Assembly (NCBI RefSeq): GCF_006345805.1
Contig: NW_021832278.1
Span: 1 to 64,000, forward strand
Reading direction: 5' to 3'
DNA length: 64,000 nt
From: Octopus sinensis
Taxonomy: Eukaryota
Shown here: positions 40,386 to 54,859 of the stretch, piece after piece
Position numbering within the stretch: position 1 is the first letter of the stretch
How the letters are laid out: each line of letters begins with the position of its first letter
Translations under genes and position numbers: made by a program
Notes under the pieces: model-generated
What the model was told of the DNA's origin: nothing
Seen by the model: the letters and a program-made list of their open reading frames with translations, nothing else
Databases searched by the model: none

Positions 40386-40626
40386 GCACCATATACAGTT
40401 CAAATAAGATGTGTGCATGTAATTTGCGGCATTTGTTTGCACTCCTCTGCGATAATATTGATTTCTGGCATAAAGCGAAAGATTTATCCGATCGCAGTGA
40501 AGAGAAACAAGAGTTTCTGGCATCGATAATAATATATGGCTTACTTGGTCTTGTATTTCATCTGCTAATGTGCGGGGCTTCAGTAATTTTGTTCAATCGC
40601 CACATATATATATATATATATATATG

Positions 40627-40679
<53 letters not shown>

Positions 40680-41219
40680 ACATGCGTTTGTGTATACACA
40701 CACACATATATGTAGATACACATACATAGGTATATATATATATTTATGTATGATATATATATATATTTGCATATGTATATAGAAGTCTAAAAATGCCACA
40801 ACGTATTTATTTCAAGAAAGAATTTCCACATTCTTTTTTGTTATTTTTGTTATTGATTTTATCGTTTTTTCTGTTTTTGCTCTCCCCGCTTTTCTCGAAT
40901 CGGGTTATGTAAAGTATAATGAAATTCCTTCCAACCATGTCATTTCCGTTGTGCTTTTTGGATATAGTGTACCCCGCAATACACGATATAATTTCTCTAG
41001 ATTTTTCAAGCTTATTTCTTTTTATGGATCTTTCCATATGTTTCACCGATTTGCGTTGCAATTGTTTGGTTCACTGTACTTCGTTGCTTGTTAAATTAAA
41101 CTGCAAACGGTTGAGTATTCCATCCTATGATTGTTTTCGGAACACAATCCTTGTGAAAATTCCATGTGATACACTGTGAGTATTACACTGAATCTCTATG
41201 AGAATCATGTGTGATAAGG

Positions 41220-41620
41220 CTGGTCGTTATGGCTGTGTGGTTAAGATGCTCGCTTTGCAGCCACTTGATTTCGAGTTCACTCCTACTTCGTGGCATTTTG
41301 GGCAAGTGTCTTCTTCTGTAGCATCGGACTGACCAATCAACCGATACCTTGTAAGTGATTTGGGAAGTGGAGAAACTGTGTGGAAGCTCGTCGTATATAT
41401 ATATATGTTTGTGTGTATGCGTGTGTGTGTACATGTGTGTGCATTTGTTCCGCATCAGCTTTAAAACCGGTATTACTTTGTTTATATTTCCATAACGTAT
41501 TCGGCTTAAGGGACCGATAGAATAAGTTTCAGACAGAAAAATATGTTAGTACTGGGGTTGATTTTCTTCGACTAAAACTCTAAAATCCAGTGACTGAAAC
41601 AAATACAAAACTAAAAGATA
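41220..41620 (+). mobile_element. Older SINE family B-like copy
   Basis: ggctgtgtggttaag head, ttgggcaagtgtctt core, gactgaaacaaa tail. Confidence 0.7.
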
Positions 41621-41864
41621 ATTCCCTTTCTGTAAAATTCGCCTCCACCGAATTCCCCACACAAGGCTAGGATCAGCCTAAGAATTAGTCATGCAGAAAG
41701 ATTGGATCGATATTAATAGTACATTTGTGATCATAAAATTTCTCAAAGCTGACCTGGGATTAAACATCCTCGTAACCACCATCATCAACAACAATGAGAA
41801 AGTATTTACGCGTCCCATCAATTATCGAAATTGAGGAAATGTATTAGTTTTAAAATTCCACATA

Positions 41865-42665
41865 AGGTCAGCAGATTGGAGAGTGGCGTTAAGTCGATTA
41901 TATCGACACCAGTGGTCAACTGTTATTTATTTTATAGACTCCAAAAGGATGACAGGCAAAGTCGACCTTGGCTGAATTTGATCTCAGAACATAAAGACGG
42001 ACGAAATGCCGCTGAACATCTTGCCCGGCAAGAAAACGATTCTGCCAGTTCGCCGAAATATTAAGGCCTTTTAATCGTTACATAATTCGACAATTGTTTC
42101 GAGAGGAACACATATCGCTAGTCTATCATATCTACTCCAGTTATTGAGTGGTATTTTATTTTATGGAATCCCACGACATGAATGGTTAAAGTTGATTTTG
42201 GTGGGATTTAAACAAAGTAACGCCATTTTTAAAAATGTTTAACCACACCAAACTTTTTGATCACACTGTAATATTTGCCATCTGGAATGTCATTAAAAAC
42301 CACTTGGTATTTTTCTCTGTTGTCTACCAGTTCTGGGATCTAATCATTGTTAGTATTTAGCAAACAGAAAGGCGAGAGTCGATAGAACAAGTGCCAGTTG
42401 AGCACTAGAGGTCAATGTAATCGGTTTATTCAATCTCTCAAAATTACTGTCTTAATGCCAAAACTTAAAACCAATATGTATGCTTAGCAGCACTTCGTCC
42501 GTGCCTACTTTCTGAATTCAAATCCCACCGAGGTGAACTTTGCCTTTCATCCTTCCCGCATCAATAACATAAGTACTAGTTGATCACTGGAGTCAATGTA
42601 ATCGGCTTACTCCGTCCCACGAACTTACTGGCCTTGTGGCAAAATTTGAAACCAATATTTAACTT
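41865..42665. mobile_element. Cluster of old SINE family A-like copies (41865-42056 minus; 42380-42470 and 42485-42665 plus)
   Basis: Repeated ctttgcctttcatcc / ggcaaagtcgacc central domain. Confidence 0.65.
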
Positions 42666-43369
42666 TTAGGTCGGTTTTAATCAATTATACTCAGGACCGC
42701 CTTAGCAGCATTAAAGGCTTCCGAGCAAATCAATGCACTGTCCCCTATAGGATATATTTATTGACAGCAAGCTGCAGAATTCATAGATGAGAATTGGAAC
42801 CCTACACCCGTGAAGTCCTTGAGCAGCTTTCCAGTATGACGATCCCTTAACATGGCCCTGAGTATATCTATGATCAAAAGCATTCCAATCGTGCCCACAA
42901 TATCATTTTTCTTATCTGGAGGGAAATTAGGCTCATATTATGTAATATGCCATTCTGAAAGACAGTAGTGTATTATCTAAAGAAGATTTAACAGCTATTT
43001 TCTGCCAACAAAGCGACCTCGTGACAGCGGAATTGTTGTCGTCTTATGGTATTCACTGTTTGTGGAGGAGGAAGCACGTATGCATCACACTCCATTTGTA
43101 AAGATAAAAACAATAATGGCTGTCATAAAGGAAACCTTTATTACGCAATGTTGACAGCTATTAGACGTTTTATCTATTTCTATGCCAATATATGTTTCGG
43201 CTAAAGTATCTTTAATTTATGATGTATGGAGATTTATGACGATTTTGAAGGACGTACATATTTTCCCGATTTCCTTTCTCAGTCACTCATTCACTTCATA
43301 ATATACATACATATACATGTATGTATTGGAATAGACATACATATATATATGTATATAAATATGTATATA

Positions 43370-43449
<80 letters not shown>

Positions 43450-43735
43450 ATGTCTCTCTTTCGCTCTCTCTCTCTCTCTCTGTATATATATATATATGCA
43501 TATATAGCTATATGTATGCATATATATGCCTATATATATATGTATATATATACATGTGTTTATATATATGTGTGTGTGTGTTTGTGTCTGTGTATGTATC
43601 AACACAACACAAACACATATACACACACACATGCATGTAACATTCCTTCTGTAATCATAAGCATAGAATCAAATAGAGAATGCAACAAAATGGGAAAGAA
43701 ATGACATCCGTGAATGGCAGATAGAGAAAAACAGA

Positions 43736-43835
43736 GAGAGAGGGGGGAGAGGAGAGAGTGAGAGGGGGGAGAGGAGAGAGTGAGAGGGGGAGAGGGGGGA
43801 GAGGAGAGAGTGAGAGGGGGAGAGGAGAGATTGAG
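43736..43835. repeat. Purine-rich ~21-bp minisatellite (GAGAGGGGGAGAGGAGAGAGT)
   Basis: About four units by direct reading. Confidence 0.8.
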
Positions 43836-44075
43836 AGGGAGAGTGACAGGGAGAGGTAGATGTAGATAGTAAATAAAGAAAGAAAGAGAACAAGAGAGAG
43901 AGAGGGAGAGATATAGTGAAAGGGGAGACAAGGATGAGAATACAGTATGCACGTACCAATGGGTATATCATGAAAATTACAATTCTGTATAAAGCACATT
44001 CCACTGTAATTTGTTTTTATCCAAGAGTATATACATTCACGTATTTACTAAGCATATATATATATTATATATATA

Positions 44076-44106
<31 letters not shown>

Positions 44107-44219
44107 CATGGATACGTATATTCTTTTAATATGAGGCCTGCAAAGACACCACTGCATCAAAGATCAGGATTTTACTCGAGGAAGATTAGGTTGGTTTTAG
44201 GGAAGTTTTAGTGAAGATT

Positions 44220-44620
44220 AGCTAATTCGATTGCATCGACTCCCAGTGTTCAACTCGAACTTAATTTATCGAACAAGAAATGATAAAAAGCAAAGTTGAC
44301 CTCGGCGTAATATGAACTCAGAATGCAGAAACGGGCGAAACACTGCTAAGCATTTTGTCCTGTGTAATAACATTTCTGCCAACTCACCGCCCCAACTTAT
44401 ATCATATCTACTATAGGCACAAGGCCTGAAATTTGTGGGGAGAGGGATAGTGAATCACATCGATCCAAGTCCTTGACTGGTACTTAATATAGCGACCCTG
44501 AAAGTATGAAAGTCAAAGCCGGCCTTGGCTATATTTGAACCCAAAACGTAAAGACAGGCGAAACGCCGCTAAGCATTTTGCCTAGCGTGCTAACGATTCT
44601 GCCTGCACACCGCCTTAGCT
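44220..44620 (-). mobile_element. Two tandem old SINE family A-like copies
   Basis: gcaaagttgacctcggcg and gtcaaagccggccttggc domains; second copy has the alternative tail ccttgtgcctatag. Confidence 0.65.
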
Positions 44621-44744
44621 TATATAATAATAAAACAATTATTACACTCCACATTCAACATCATATTCAGTTCTTTATTGTATACCGGTGCTTTTTCATG
44701 TTTATATTAAATATATATATGTATATGTAATTTTTGTATTTCAG

Positions 44745-44979
44745 TTGGGTCAGCCAATGGTCTGGGATCATTGAGGACACCGCATTAAAGGGATTTTTAG
44801 TTGAATGAAGAAACGACTCTAGTACTTATTCTATCTGATGACCAACTGCTAACATATGGGAACGTAAACACATCAACACTGGTTAGCAGGCGACTGAGAG
44901 CGACAGACGTGAACATTCACACACACACACTCACACACACGCACAATCACACACAGACACAGACACACACACACATACA

Positions 44980-45047
<68 letters not shown>

Positions 45048-45220
45048 AACAAACACACACACACGCACCTTCCTTCAGTTTCTGTATACCAAATTCCTTC
45101 AAAAGTCATTGGTCGACTCGCGGCTATATCAAAACAGATTTGCCGATGAAGCCACGGAGTAGGGCTGCAGCCAGAACGATGTTGTTAGGAAACGAACATG
45201 TTATCGAACAGCCACGCTAG
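44745..45220 (-). mobile_element. Old SINE family B-like copy with expanded (CA)n
   Basis: agtacttattct, acgtaaacac and ttcagtttctgtatacc segments. Confidence 0.6.
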
Positions 45221-45273
45221 CAGGCATCCATCCATCCATCCATCCATCCATCCATCCATCCATCCATACATAC

Positions 45274-46928
45274 ATAATCAACGATTTAACTGTTTCACCT
45301 GTATCTGACGAGGAATGTTACAGGTATCTAGGGGTGGATGAAAATATATCTTTCAATGACATCTGTAACAAATCACGTTTCACTAAAGAATATTACAGCC
45401 GAATAAAGAAAATTTGAACCTCGGAACTCTCTGCATTCAATAAAACAGTGGATCACAATGTGTTTGCAGTGCCAGTACTCATACCAACATTTGGGCTACT
45501 TGATTGGACGCTTGACGAGATCCAAGCCATTGATGTAAAAACCCGAAAAATACTAACAAGCATGCATAATTTCCACATACGTTGACCACCCCTACTTAAA
45601 ACGGAAACAAAGAGGCCGTGTCTTAAAATCGATCCAAAATGCCTTTGAATGTCGCATCATATCCCTTCGACAACATCTTTTAACCACCAAGTGTCGAAGT
45701 GCATCCCTTGACCAAGTTTGCATACATGAGGCTGATAACATCATAAGACTTAGAAGGTAGCTTCTTGAGCAACACTCTTTGTCTGATAACTTAGAATACA
45801 TGCCCAAAGAGATCGCACGACTCTACTGCAGCGTATCATCATATGAAAGGATGAGCCTGTATGAGCAGAAGACTATGCAGAGATATATTAGTAGAAAACT
45901 CCGAGATGATTGTAACATCGATCATCAAAGCAGTTTATCACGGTCCAACAGCCGGATTACTACCAACCACTTAGAAGGGTATGCGTTTGCATTCCAGGAA
46001 CAGGAAATATCAACCAAGTACCTGTTGCACAAAAGGGATAGAAATGTAGGAAAAGCAGTAAAATCTGACAACCGATGCAGACTTTGTGAAGTCCACACTG
46101 ACGATATCAACCACGTCATAAGCAGTTCGAAAATGTCATTATGATATTATCTACCGATGAGACATGATGTTGTAGCTAGGACACTCTATAATAAAATCCC
46201 TCAGAAGGATAATCCCGAGGGCAAAGAAATAAGAAACAACAATATGGTAGAAGTGATAGCCACTCATAATAAAAAGAAAGTCTGGCAGAATATACCAGTG
46301 AAGACCTCAATAAAATATAAGCACCGCAGACTTGATATAATGATTTGGGATCGAGGAGAGAAACTTTTCGCATTCGTGGAAATAAGATGCCCAGCGGATG
46401 TTAACATAAAGCTGAAGGCCTGTGAAAAAGCGAACACCTATGCTGAACTATTGAGAAATCTGCAGATACTCTACCCAAATTACAAGTTCAGGTTGATACC
46501 TGTAATTATTGGGGCCCTGGGATATGTAACACACTGCCTAAATACCAATTTTGTGAAATTAGGCTTCTCAAAACCAGAAAGGGGAAAGATAATTCGAAGA
46601 CTATAGATCCATCCATCACTGGAACTATAAAATTCTGTAAAACTTTCCAGAAGTTTATCATTGAAATATATATAAGCACGTCTAGATATGCAACTATATG
46701 CGTGAGAATACATACATAAAACATACAAATCTGCACATACATACATACATACATACATGCATACATACATACATACATACATACATACATACATACATAC
46801 ATACATACATGCAAACAAACAAAAATACCCTGTTGATGTTGAACTTCCAGTGAAGGAGCCTAGGATCTAGGTTAGAAACCGGTTCTTTCTCTATTGGCAA
46901 GAAATCTTGAAATAAACTGAATAATAAC
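45274..46928 (+). mobile_element. 5'-truncated, degenerate R4/Dong-like LINE flanked by CATA-type repeats
   Basis: [10 protein letters not shown]...KEYYSRIKK...FAVPVL; AFQEQEISTKY; CRLCEVHTDDINHVIS; RHDVVA; RLDIMI...VEIRCP; IPVIIGALG; internal (CATA)n in the 3' UTR; internal deletions. Confidence 0.85.
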
Positions 46929-47314
46929 ATACAAACATACAAACGTACACACACACGTGTATGTGTGGGTGTACATATTAGCCGATATAAGTATTAGCAC
47001 ATGCATGCGTGTATATGTATAAATGTGTATATATATGTATATATGTATGTATATTTTTAACTATATATATGTGTGTATATGTGTATGTAGATTTTTATAG
47101 GTATAAATACGCATATGCATATAGCAGAAAGACGTACATGTACATATACTAAGATATATATAAATATCTGTGTGCTTATATACGTATATATATGTGTATT
47201 AATAATATATATATATATATATATATATGTGGTGCTTATATACGTATATATATATATTAATATATATATATATCTATATATATATATATATATATATAGA
47301 TATATATATATATA

Positions 47315-48525
47315 TTTGGGTTCCCGCCGTTTCTTTAAATTTTGAATTTATTGCGTTTTAAAATTTTGAATCCATTTTCTTCGAGAATTCATTTTGGAAT
47401 CTATTTTATGTTTTTCTAGTTAATTTTTGTTTATTTTCAGATCATTAGAATGGAATGTCAAGTTAAGAAAATCGAGTATTTTCGACACCTCCTTCTTTTT
47501 ACTTTTAATCAAAGTTCTAAGGCCGCAAATGCTGCTCGCGACATTTGTACTGTGCATGGAGAGGGTGCCATAGCTGAAAGAACTGCTCGTGATTGTTATG
47601 CCAAGTTCAAAAATGGAAATTTTGACCTCAAAAACGCACCTCGTTCTGGCCGTCCACTTGAGTTCGATGAAGAGCGATTAAACCAACTTTTGCGCGAAAA
47701 TTCTCGTCAAACGACAAAGGAACTGGCAGAGTAAATGGAATGTCCCTACGCTGCTATAGAGGAAGCATCTTCACTCGATGGGAAAGGTTCAGAAGTATGG
47801 AGCATGGGTTCCGCATGCTGTAAGTGACAACAAAAATCAACGAGCCACAAGCACCACTGGGTTGCTTGCTCGTCACCGTCTTTGCTGAATCGTTACTGGT
47901 AACAAAAAAACATAAGGCCTGTACATCAGTATGAAGCAGCGTAAGGAATGGCTTAGCCCCGGTAAATAAGCGACACCGCGCGCGAAACAAGATCTTCATC
48001 CGCGTAAAACGATGTTGTGCGTATAGTGGGACTGGGAAAGGATTATCCATTAGGAATTGCTTGAACGGAACCAAACGGTCAACGCGGAACTCTATGTTCA
48101 ACAGATGGAACGACTCAACATGGTTATTCACGAGAAAAGACCCAATCGGCAGCATGGAGTTCTTCTGCTGCACAACAATGCCCGCCCTCATATCGTCAAT
48201 AAGAGCAAGGAACCCATTCATGGCTGGGCAGTGCTGCCACACCAACCGTACTCTCCTCATTCGGAACCAACAGATTTCCACCTCTTTCGACCTCTTTCAA
48301 ATGCTGTGCGCGGAGTTTCGTTCAATACTGATGAAAAATGGAGAGCTTGGTTGGATCAATTTTTCGAATCGAAATCGGGTGATTTCTACCAACGAGGTAT
48401 TGAAAATCTTGTTGAACGTTGGGAAGAAGTTGTAAACAGCAAGGGTAAATAGATCCTTGATTAATTAATTGTTTTTTTATTAAACCTTTCAAAAAATTTA
48501 AGGCGGGAACTTAGTTGGTAACCCT
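47315..48525 (+). mobile_element. Near-complete mariner (DD34D); transposase pseudogene 47450-48452
   Basis: MECQVKKIEYFRHLLLF...; WVPH; LLHNNARPH; HQPYSPHSEPTDFHLF; TIR ttcccgcc / ggcgggaacttagttggtaaccc. Confidence 0.9.
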
Positions 48526-48538
48526 ATATATATATACC

Positions 48539-48730
48539 CGAGGGCCTGCTGAATAATTTCAGGCTCTGAATAGAAGAAAATACAGGAGGATTAGTTAATC
48601 TCAGGTTCATATACTTATTGCAGCGGCCCATCAGCTTTTCTAAACCTTGGAAACAGAAACTGGAAGTTTGGGACTCCAGCCCGGCATTTTACGATGCCCT
48701 TAAAATGAGAAAGATTTCACCCCAAACCTT
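48539..48730. mobile_element. Degenerate MITE related to 23909-24126
   Basis: cgagggcctgctgaa start and agaaaatacaggaggattagttaat shared segment. Confidence 0.55.
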
Positions 48731-48872
48731 ATTATATATATATATGTATGTGTGTGTGTGTGTGTGTGTGAGTGTGTGTATCTTTAGATTGATAGATATG
48801 TGTCTATACATATATAAATATATGTATGTATGTATCTATCTATCTATCTATCTATCTATCTCTCTATCCATC

Positions 48873-48944
<72 letters not shown>

Positions 48945-48988
48945 CTATCTATCTATCTATCTATCTCTCTCTCTATATATATTTATAT

Positions 48989-49025
<37 letters not shown>

Positions 49026-49396
49026 ATATATAGATATATATATATAATATGTATGTATAGATACACACAGACATGCATTCAAATATCAAGTTGGATTGTG
49101 TAAATATTCGTGCAACTTTTAAAACTATATTGGCAATGAAATATCAGTGAAATATATTCCAATTTATTTGTACATATAATGAAAATGTAAAAAAATAAAT
49201 CCGAAATTCTATCTTGTTAAAATCATAAAGATATCTAAATGTTGTTTACAGTGAGATTTTCCTTGCTGTTGGCAAAGGTATTAAAGTTGAAAGGACTATA
49301 TAATGACACAGTATACGGTTGTTTGTTTATGCGAAGTTATCATTGTGTGCGTACGTATGTATGCGTGTGTGTATTTTTGAGTGTGTGTGTATTTGC

Positions 49397-49434
<38 letters not shown>

Positions 49435-50206
49435 ATCTGTATATATGTGTATTTACTTCTCGATTAATATATATATTTTGTATACAGTGCACATATATTT
49501 ATATATGCACAAAGGAATGTATAGATATACATACATATACATGCGTACAGTATCAGGTGATATACATATACATACATATACATATATATATATATATATT
49601 ATATAATATATATATATATATTATATATATGTTAATAAATATATATATATATATACATATGTATACATATATGTATGAAAAAAAAACATGCATACACTCA
49701 CACACACATACACACAGATTTACGTCTCTCTCTATAGATATATCTATACATCTGTGCATGTGTGCACGCGCGTGTGTAAGTGAATACTCGTAAATATATA
49801 TTTTTTGCGCATTCACATAAGAAAAAAAAAAATATATATAGTTATATATACTGTATATTTAATGTGTATAGACATGCATACATTCATACACACATACATA
49901 TATATACATATATATATAGATGCATAAATATATATGTATACATTTATATCTCTATATATACACATGCACACATATACATAGATATAAACATATATGCATT
50001 ATATACATACACATATGTAAATATATAAAACATAATATATATACATATATATGTTATATATGTTTATACATCTCTGTTCGCGCGCATGGATTTGCCTACA
50101 TTCAAGTGTATGTATTTAAATCTAATATAGTATTTAAATATATACATGTTGTATGTGCTTATGTGTGTATGTCGACACATGTATGCATGTATATATATAT
50201 ATATTG

Positions 50207-50369
<163 letters not shown>

Positions 50370-50859
50370 TATTTAAATACACACACACACGTATAACGCA
50401 TATAAATATCATCGCAAAATATTTACTTTAAGTTAAAATTGCTTTTGGGCCTCCGATTGGATGTGTTATGCCTATTCGTAAATCAATTATTGCCTCTAGT
50501 CTAGCAATAATATCATTGTTATCTTCTGTTACACCGACATAGAGGTATTATATTTCTGTTTACACATGTTTATTGATTTGATGATGTGTGTATTGTGTGT
50601 ATTCATTCACCGGCCAGCTGAAGTCCGTTTTTATCACGCAGCAATATACACATATGCATATATTATCATGCATCCATACAAACACAGACACAAATATAGA
50701 CATACATACAGACAGACATGCAGACAGACATACAGACACACTCATGTTTTTATGCATATTCATGTATCTAAAGGTAAAGTGTCACCATTTTATATTTTTA
50801 ATTTCGCGCCTGCGCATTGTTTGTTTTTGACTTTGTCGACTACACTGAATAGTAGGATT

Positions 50860-51690
50860 TCTCATACAAGATGAGAAAGGGCCAATTTTTATTCCAAGCC
50901 ATTAAGAACAAGAGGAAAGACCGTGTTACGAAGATTTTGAACAAGTTCAAGCATCTCCTCCAACCGAACATCCATTAGTTTTCCACAGACGAGAAAAATT
51001 TCTGCCAGGAGCAGATGGTGAACACGAAGTTCAACCATTGACTTGCCGTGTCCCTAAAACATGTACCGAGAATGATGAAAATCATATATCCAGTCAACAT
51101 CATGATGATTGGAGAGATCACTAGTGATGGCGACATTATGCCTCCATTCATCTTTCCACACAGCCTCAGACTCAACACGGAGGCCTACATCAAGTGGCTG
51201 GAGGAGGTAGTACTGCCCTGGGTCAAGACGGTGGCTGCTGGAAGACCCTATGTCTGACAGCAGGACTCTGCACCATGCCACACAAGCAGAAGAACCCAGG
51301 CATGGCTGTCAGACAAATTCTGAAACCACATGTCCCCTAACATCTCGCCACATCACTCCCCAGAATGCAACGCCCTTGATTATTTTCTGTGGGGCTCAGT
51401 TGAGCGAGAGACCAACAAAACTCCTTGTAACACCAAAGATGAACTGAAGGCAAGGATTATGGTAGCATTCACCAACTTAAACAAGCAGAACGTCCAGAAG
51501 AGTTGCAGGATATTTCGAAGTCGTAAGGAGGGTGTGATTGAAGTTAATGGCAACTTTATTGAATAAATTTACTCTTTAGTATTTCAAGATAATTTATGTA
51601 ATTTTGGTAAATATATCTCTTAAAATGCGACGTCAGTGTTATTTTCATTTTTGCGCAATTTTGACGATAATCTATGCACTGCACCATATC
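50860..51690 (+). mobile_element. DD37D (maT)-type transposon 3' portion
   Basis: TDEKNFCQEQ; MPPFIFP; GRPYV*QQDSAPCH; SPECNALDYFLWG; ends GNFIE*. Confidence 0.85.
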
Positions 51691-51707
51691 TATATATATA
51701 TATATTA

Positions 51708-51741
<34 letters not shown>

Positions 51742-51742
<1 letters not shown>

Positions 51743-51960
51743 CTACTTTACTATTTTACTATTTTACTCGTTCAGTTATTTGACTGCGGCCATGCTGGAG
51801 CACCGCCTTTAGTCGAGTAAATCGATCCCGGGACTTATTCTTTGTAAGCCCAGAACTTATTCTATCGGTCTCTTTTGCCGAACCGCTAAGTGACGGGGAC
51901 GTAAACACACAAGCATCGGTTGTCAAGCAATGCTAGGGGGACAAACACAGACAAACATAT

Positions 51961-51994
<34 letters not shown>

Positions 51995-52163
51995 GCATAT
52001 ATACGACAGGCTTCTTTCAGTTTCCGTCCACCAAATCCACTCACAAGGCTTTGGTCGGCCATGGCTATAACAGAAGACACTTGCCCAAGATGCCACGCAG
52101 TGGGACTGAACCCGGAACCATGTGGTTGGTTAGCAAGCTACTTACCACACAGCCACTCCATGC
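51742..52163 (-). mobile_element. SINE family B, full length
   Basis: Reverse complement of 31706-32123; (TA)n at its 3' flank. Confidence 0.88.
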
Positions 52164-52183
52164 ATATATCTATCTATGTGTGT

Positions 52184-52224
<41 letters not shown>

Positions 52225-52549
52225 TTGAAAGAATGAATAGAAGTGGCTTTTCTGATAATTTTTCAATATTTAATAATTTATAAACATCTAATTATTATAG
52301 TGGAAAAATGACCAGATATGCTATTTTATTCATTTTGTTTCCAGCTATAGGATTCATGACTTTTTTGATCGTCACGGATACTAGATGCAAAATATTAAAT
52401 GTTAAATTTTAGATTCAAATTTTAATTCACCTGAAGAGCGCAGTTCTTGCTTTCATGATGTAAACCCATTTGTTCGTTGATAAAAAAAAAAAAACGGGTC
52501 TGAAACAGCTGGTTTGAACCTCAGCCCATTTGTGTTATTATTTGATCTG

Positions 52550-52720
52550 ACAGAATCGTTAGCACGCTGGGTAAAATGCTTAGAGATATTTCCACCGTCT
52601 TCACGTTCTGATTTCAAATTCTGTCGGGGTCCATAAAATACGTACCAGTTTGTACTGGAGTCAATATAATCTAGTATACCCCGTCCCCAATTTTCAGGCC
52701 TTGTGCCTATAATAGAAATG
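52550..52720 (+). mobile_element. Old SINE family A variant
   Basis: gaatcgttagcacgctggg...ttcaaattctgtc...ccttgtgcctataatagaaa. Confidence 0.6.
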
Positions 52721-54393
52721 ATTTTTTTATACTACAACTCACTTGGAACCTTCCGTACGGTTGATCTGGAGTGGATTGCATGCCGGAGTATTCTTTTATG
52801 TGATTTTACATACATGAGTAATTGTAACGATGAGTATATTAACCTGTCAATGTGCTTGTATATGTAAGTCATACAACAAGTCCGTATACATATTGGTATG
52901 TACGTGAGTCTCCACATATATTGTTGATGCACAGATATCTGTTTTCGACCCGTCCTTTTTTTTAAGTGCATGAATAATACGGAAATCTATTTTATCTATA
53001 TTTAGTAGCGGTAGTATTTGGATTGGATTTGAAAGGATTGTCATGTTTACACAAAAGAATCTTTTCTTATTTCAGGTTTTTCATACTTTATTATGTGATT
53101 CTTTTTTACAATTGGTTTGGAAAGTAGACTTTCTAAATTCATATCAAAAAATTCCTAGAGTTTTAGAGTCTTATTTTAAAAATTGGAAGTTTATAAGAAT
53201 TCAATCAATATATAAGAAGCAAAACAAATACAGATATATTCAGTTCAATTCTTGAAAATGAGACTGTGATGATATAGAAACGTCGGATATGCACTTAGGA
53301 ACTCTACTTCTCCAAACCAACTGCAAAAAGCTAATAAGAAAAAAGGAAAAAAAATTAAAATAACATAAAAGCTTGAAGATAGTCGTGTATTTAAGGAACC
53401 ATGCATAAATGTAAAGTTGTTCCTCATATATACGAACATAGCAGTATGTATATACATATGAATTTAGGGTGTGTTAACCTAGTTTTTGAATATGAGTATT
53501 ATTATGAGGTCTGGTGGTCTCATAAAGATGAAAGCAAACGTGAATTTGCAATTACTATAGAAGCCCACTAAAAGGAATCTGATCTTTTATACATATATAA
53601 TTATAATGGAAGAGAGACATTAAGACATATTTCTATGTAACTTTTATTCCCCACAAACTTTTACACTTAGTATCGACTGAATAAAAGCTGTAAAAAATAT
53701 ATTATTATACATACATCTTTACATACATACGTATAAATGTGTGTACACGTGGGTCAATATGAGTGTGTGTGAGTGTGATCGTACACTTTGACGAAAGTAA
53801 TTTAGTTAAGGCTGTGTGATTGTTAAAAAAACGCAAAAGAAAAACAGGAGGACAGCTATTAATAAAAAATACGCTTATTTATTTAAAGGTTTTCGGACGG
53901 AAGATTTATGAAAAGAGATGCGTGCGCCATGGCAAGGGTTAAAACAAGGTGACGATAGCAGACTGATTAGATTCATTCTTGTCTATTGTAAAGGGGATTT
54001 TGCTCTTATCACGAAATTTTCTAGGATTCTGAACTGACCAAATATAATAACCTCAGCGTTGTTTTTATTTTCATAAATCGCTTTTTATGATTTGATTATC
54101 TTGTCACTCTCACCAATCAAAGGTTTTACAAACATTCATCTCTTCACATACTGCAATGCTTCATTATATATTTAATATATAATATATATAATATCTATCT
54201 ATACACATTATATAGATATATATATATATGTGTGTGTTGTGTGTGTGTGTGTTGTGTGTGCATGTGGTGTGCGTCGGTGTGTGTATGTGCGTGTGTGAGT
54301 GGGTGTGTATGTAATCACGTAAAAGCGCATATACTCACATACGTTTATATATATATATATACATGTGGTAATATATATGTATCATCACGTGAT

Positions 54394-54641
<248 letters not shown>

Positions 54642-54859
54642 CTCTGACGGATGTGATGTCGTTTCAGCTCCGAAGGTAATCATTTATTTTGACTATTTAA
54701 AAGTGTATATTGACAAACATTTTGTGCTTAAAAGTTGTGCAACAACATCCACTGTAAACCTTTGATAATATCGACACAAAATTTTGCCCCTGTGGGCAAA
54801 ATTTAAAAGAAAAAATTCTCATAGCCTTCGTGGTTTCATTTAGCCATTTTATTTCCAAA

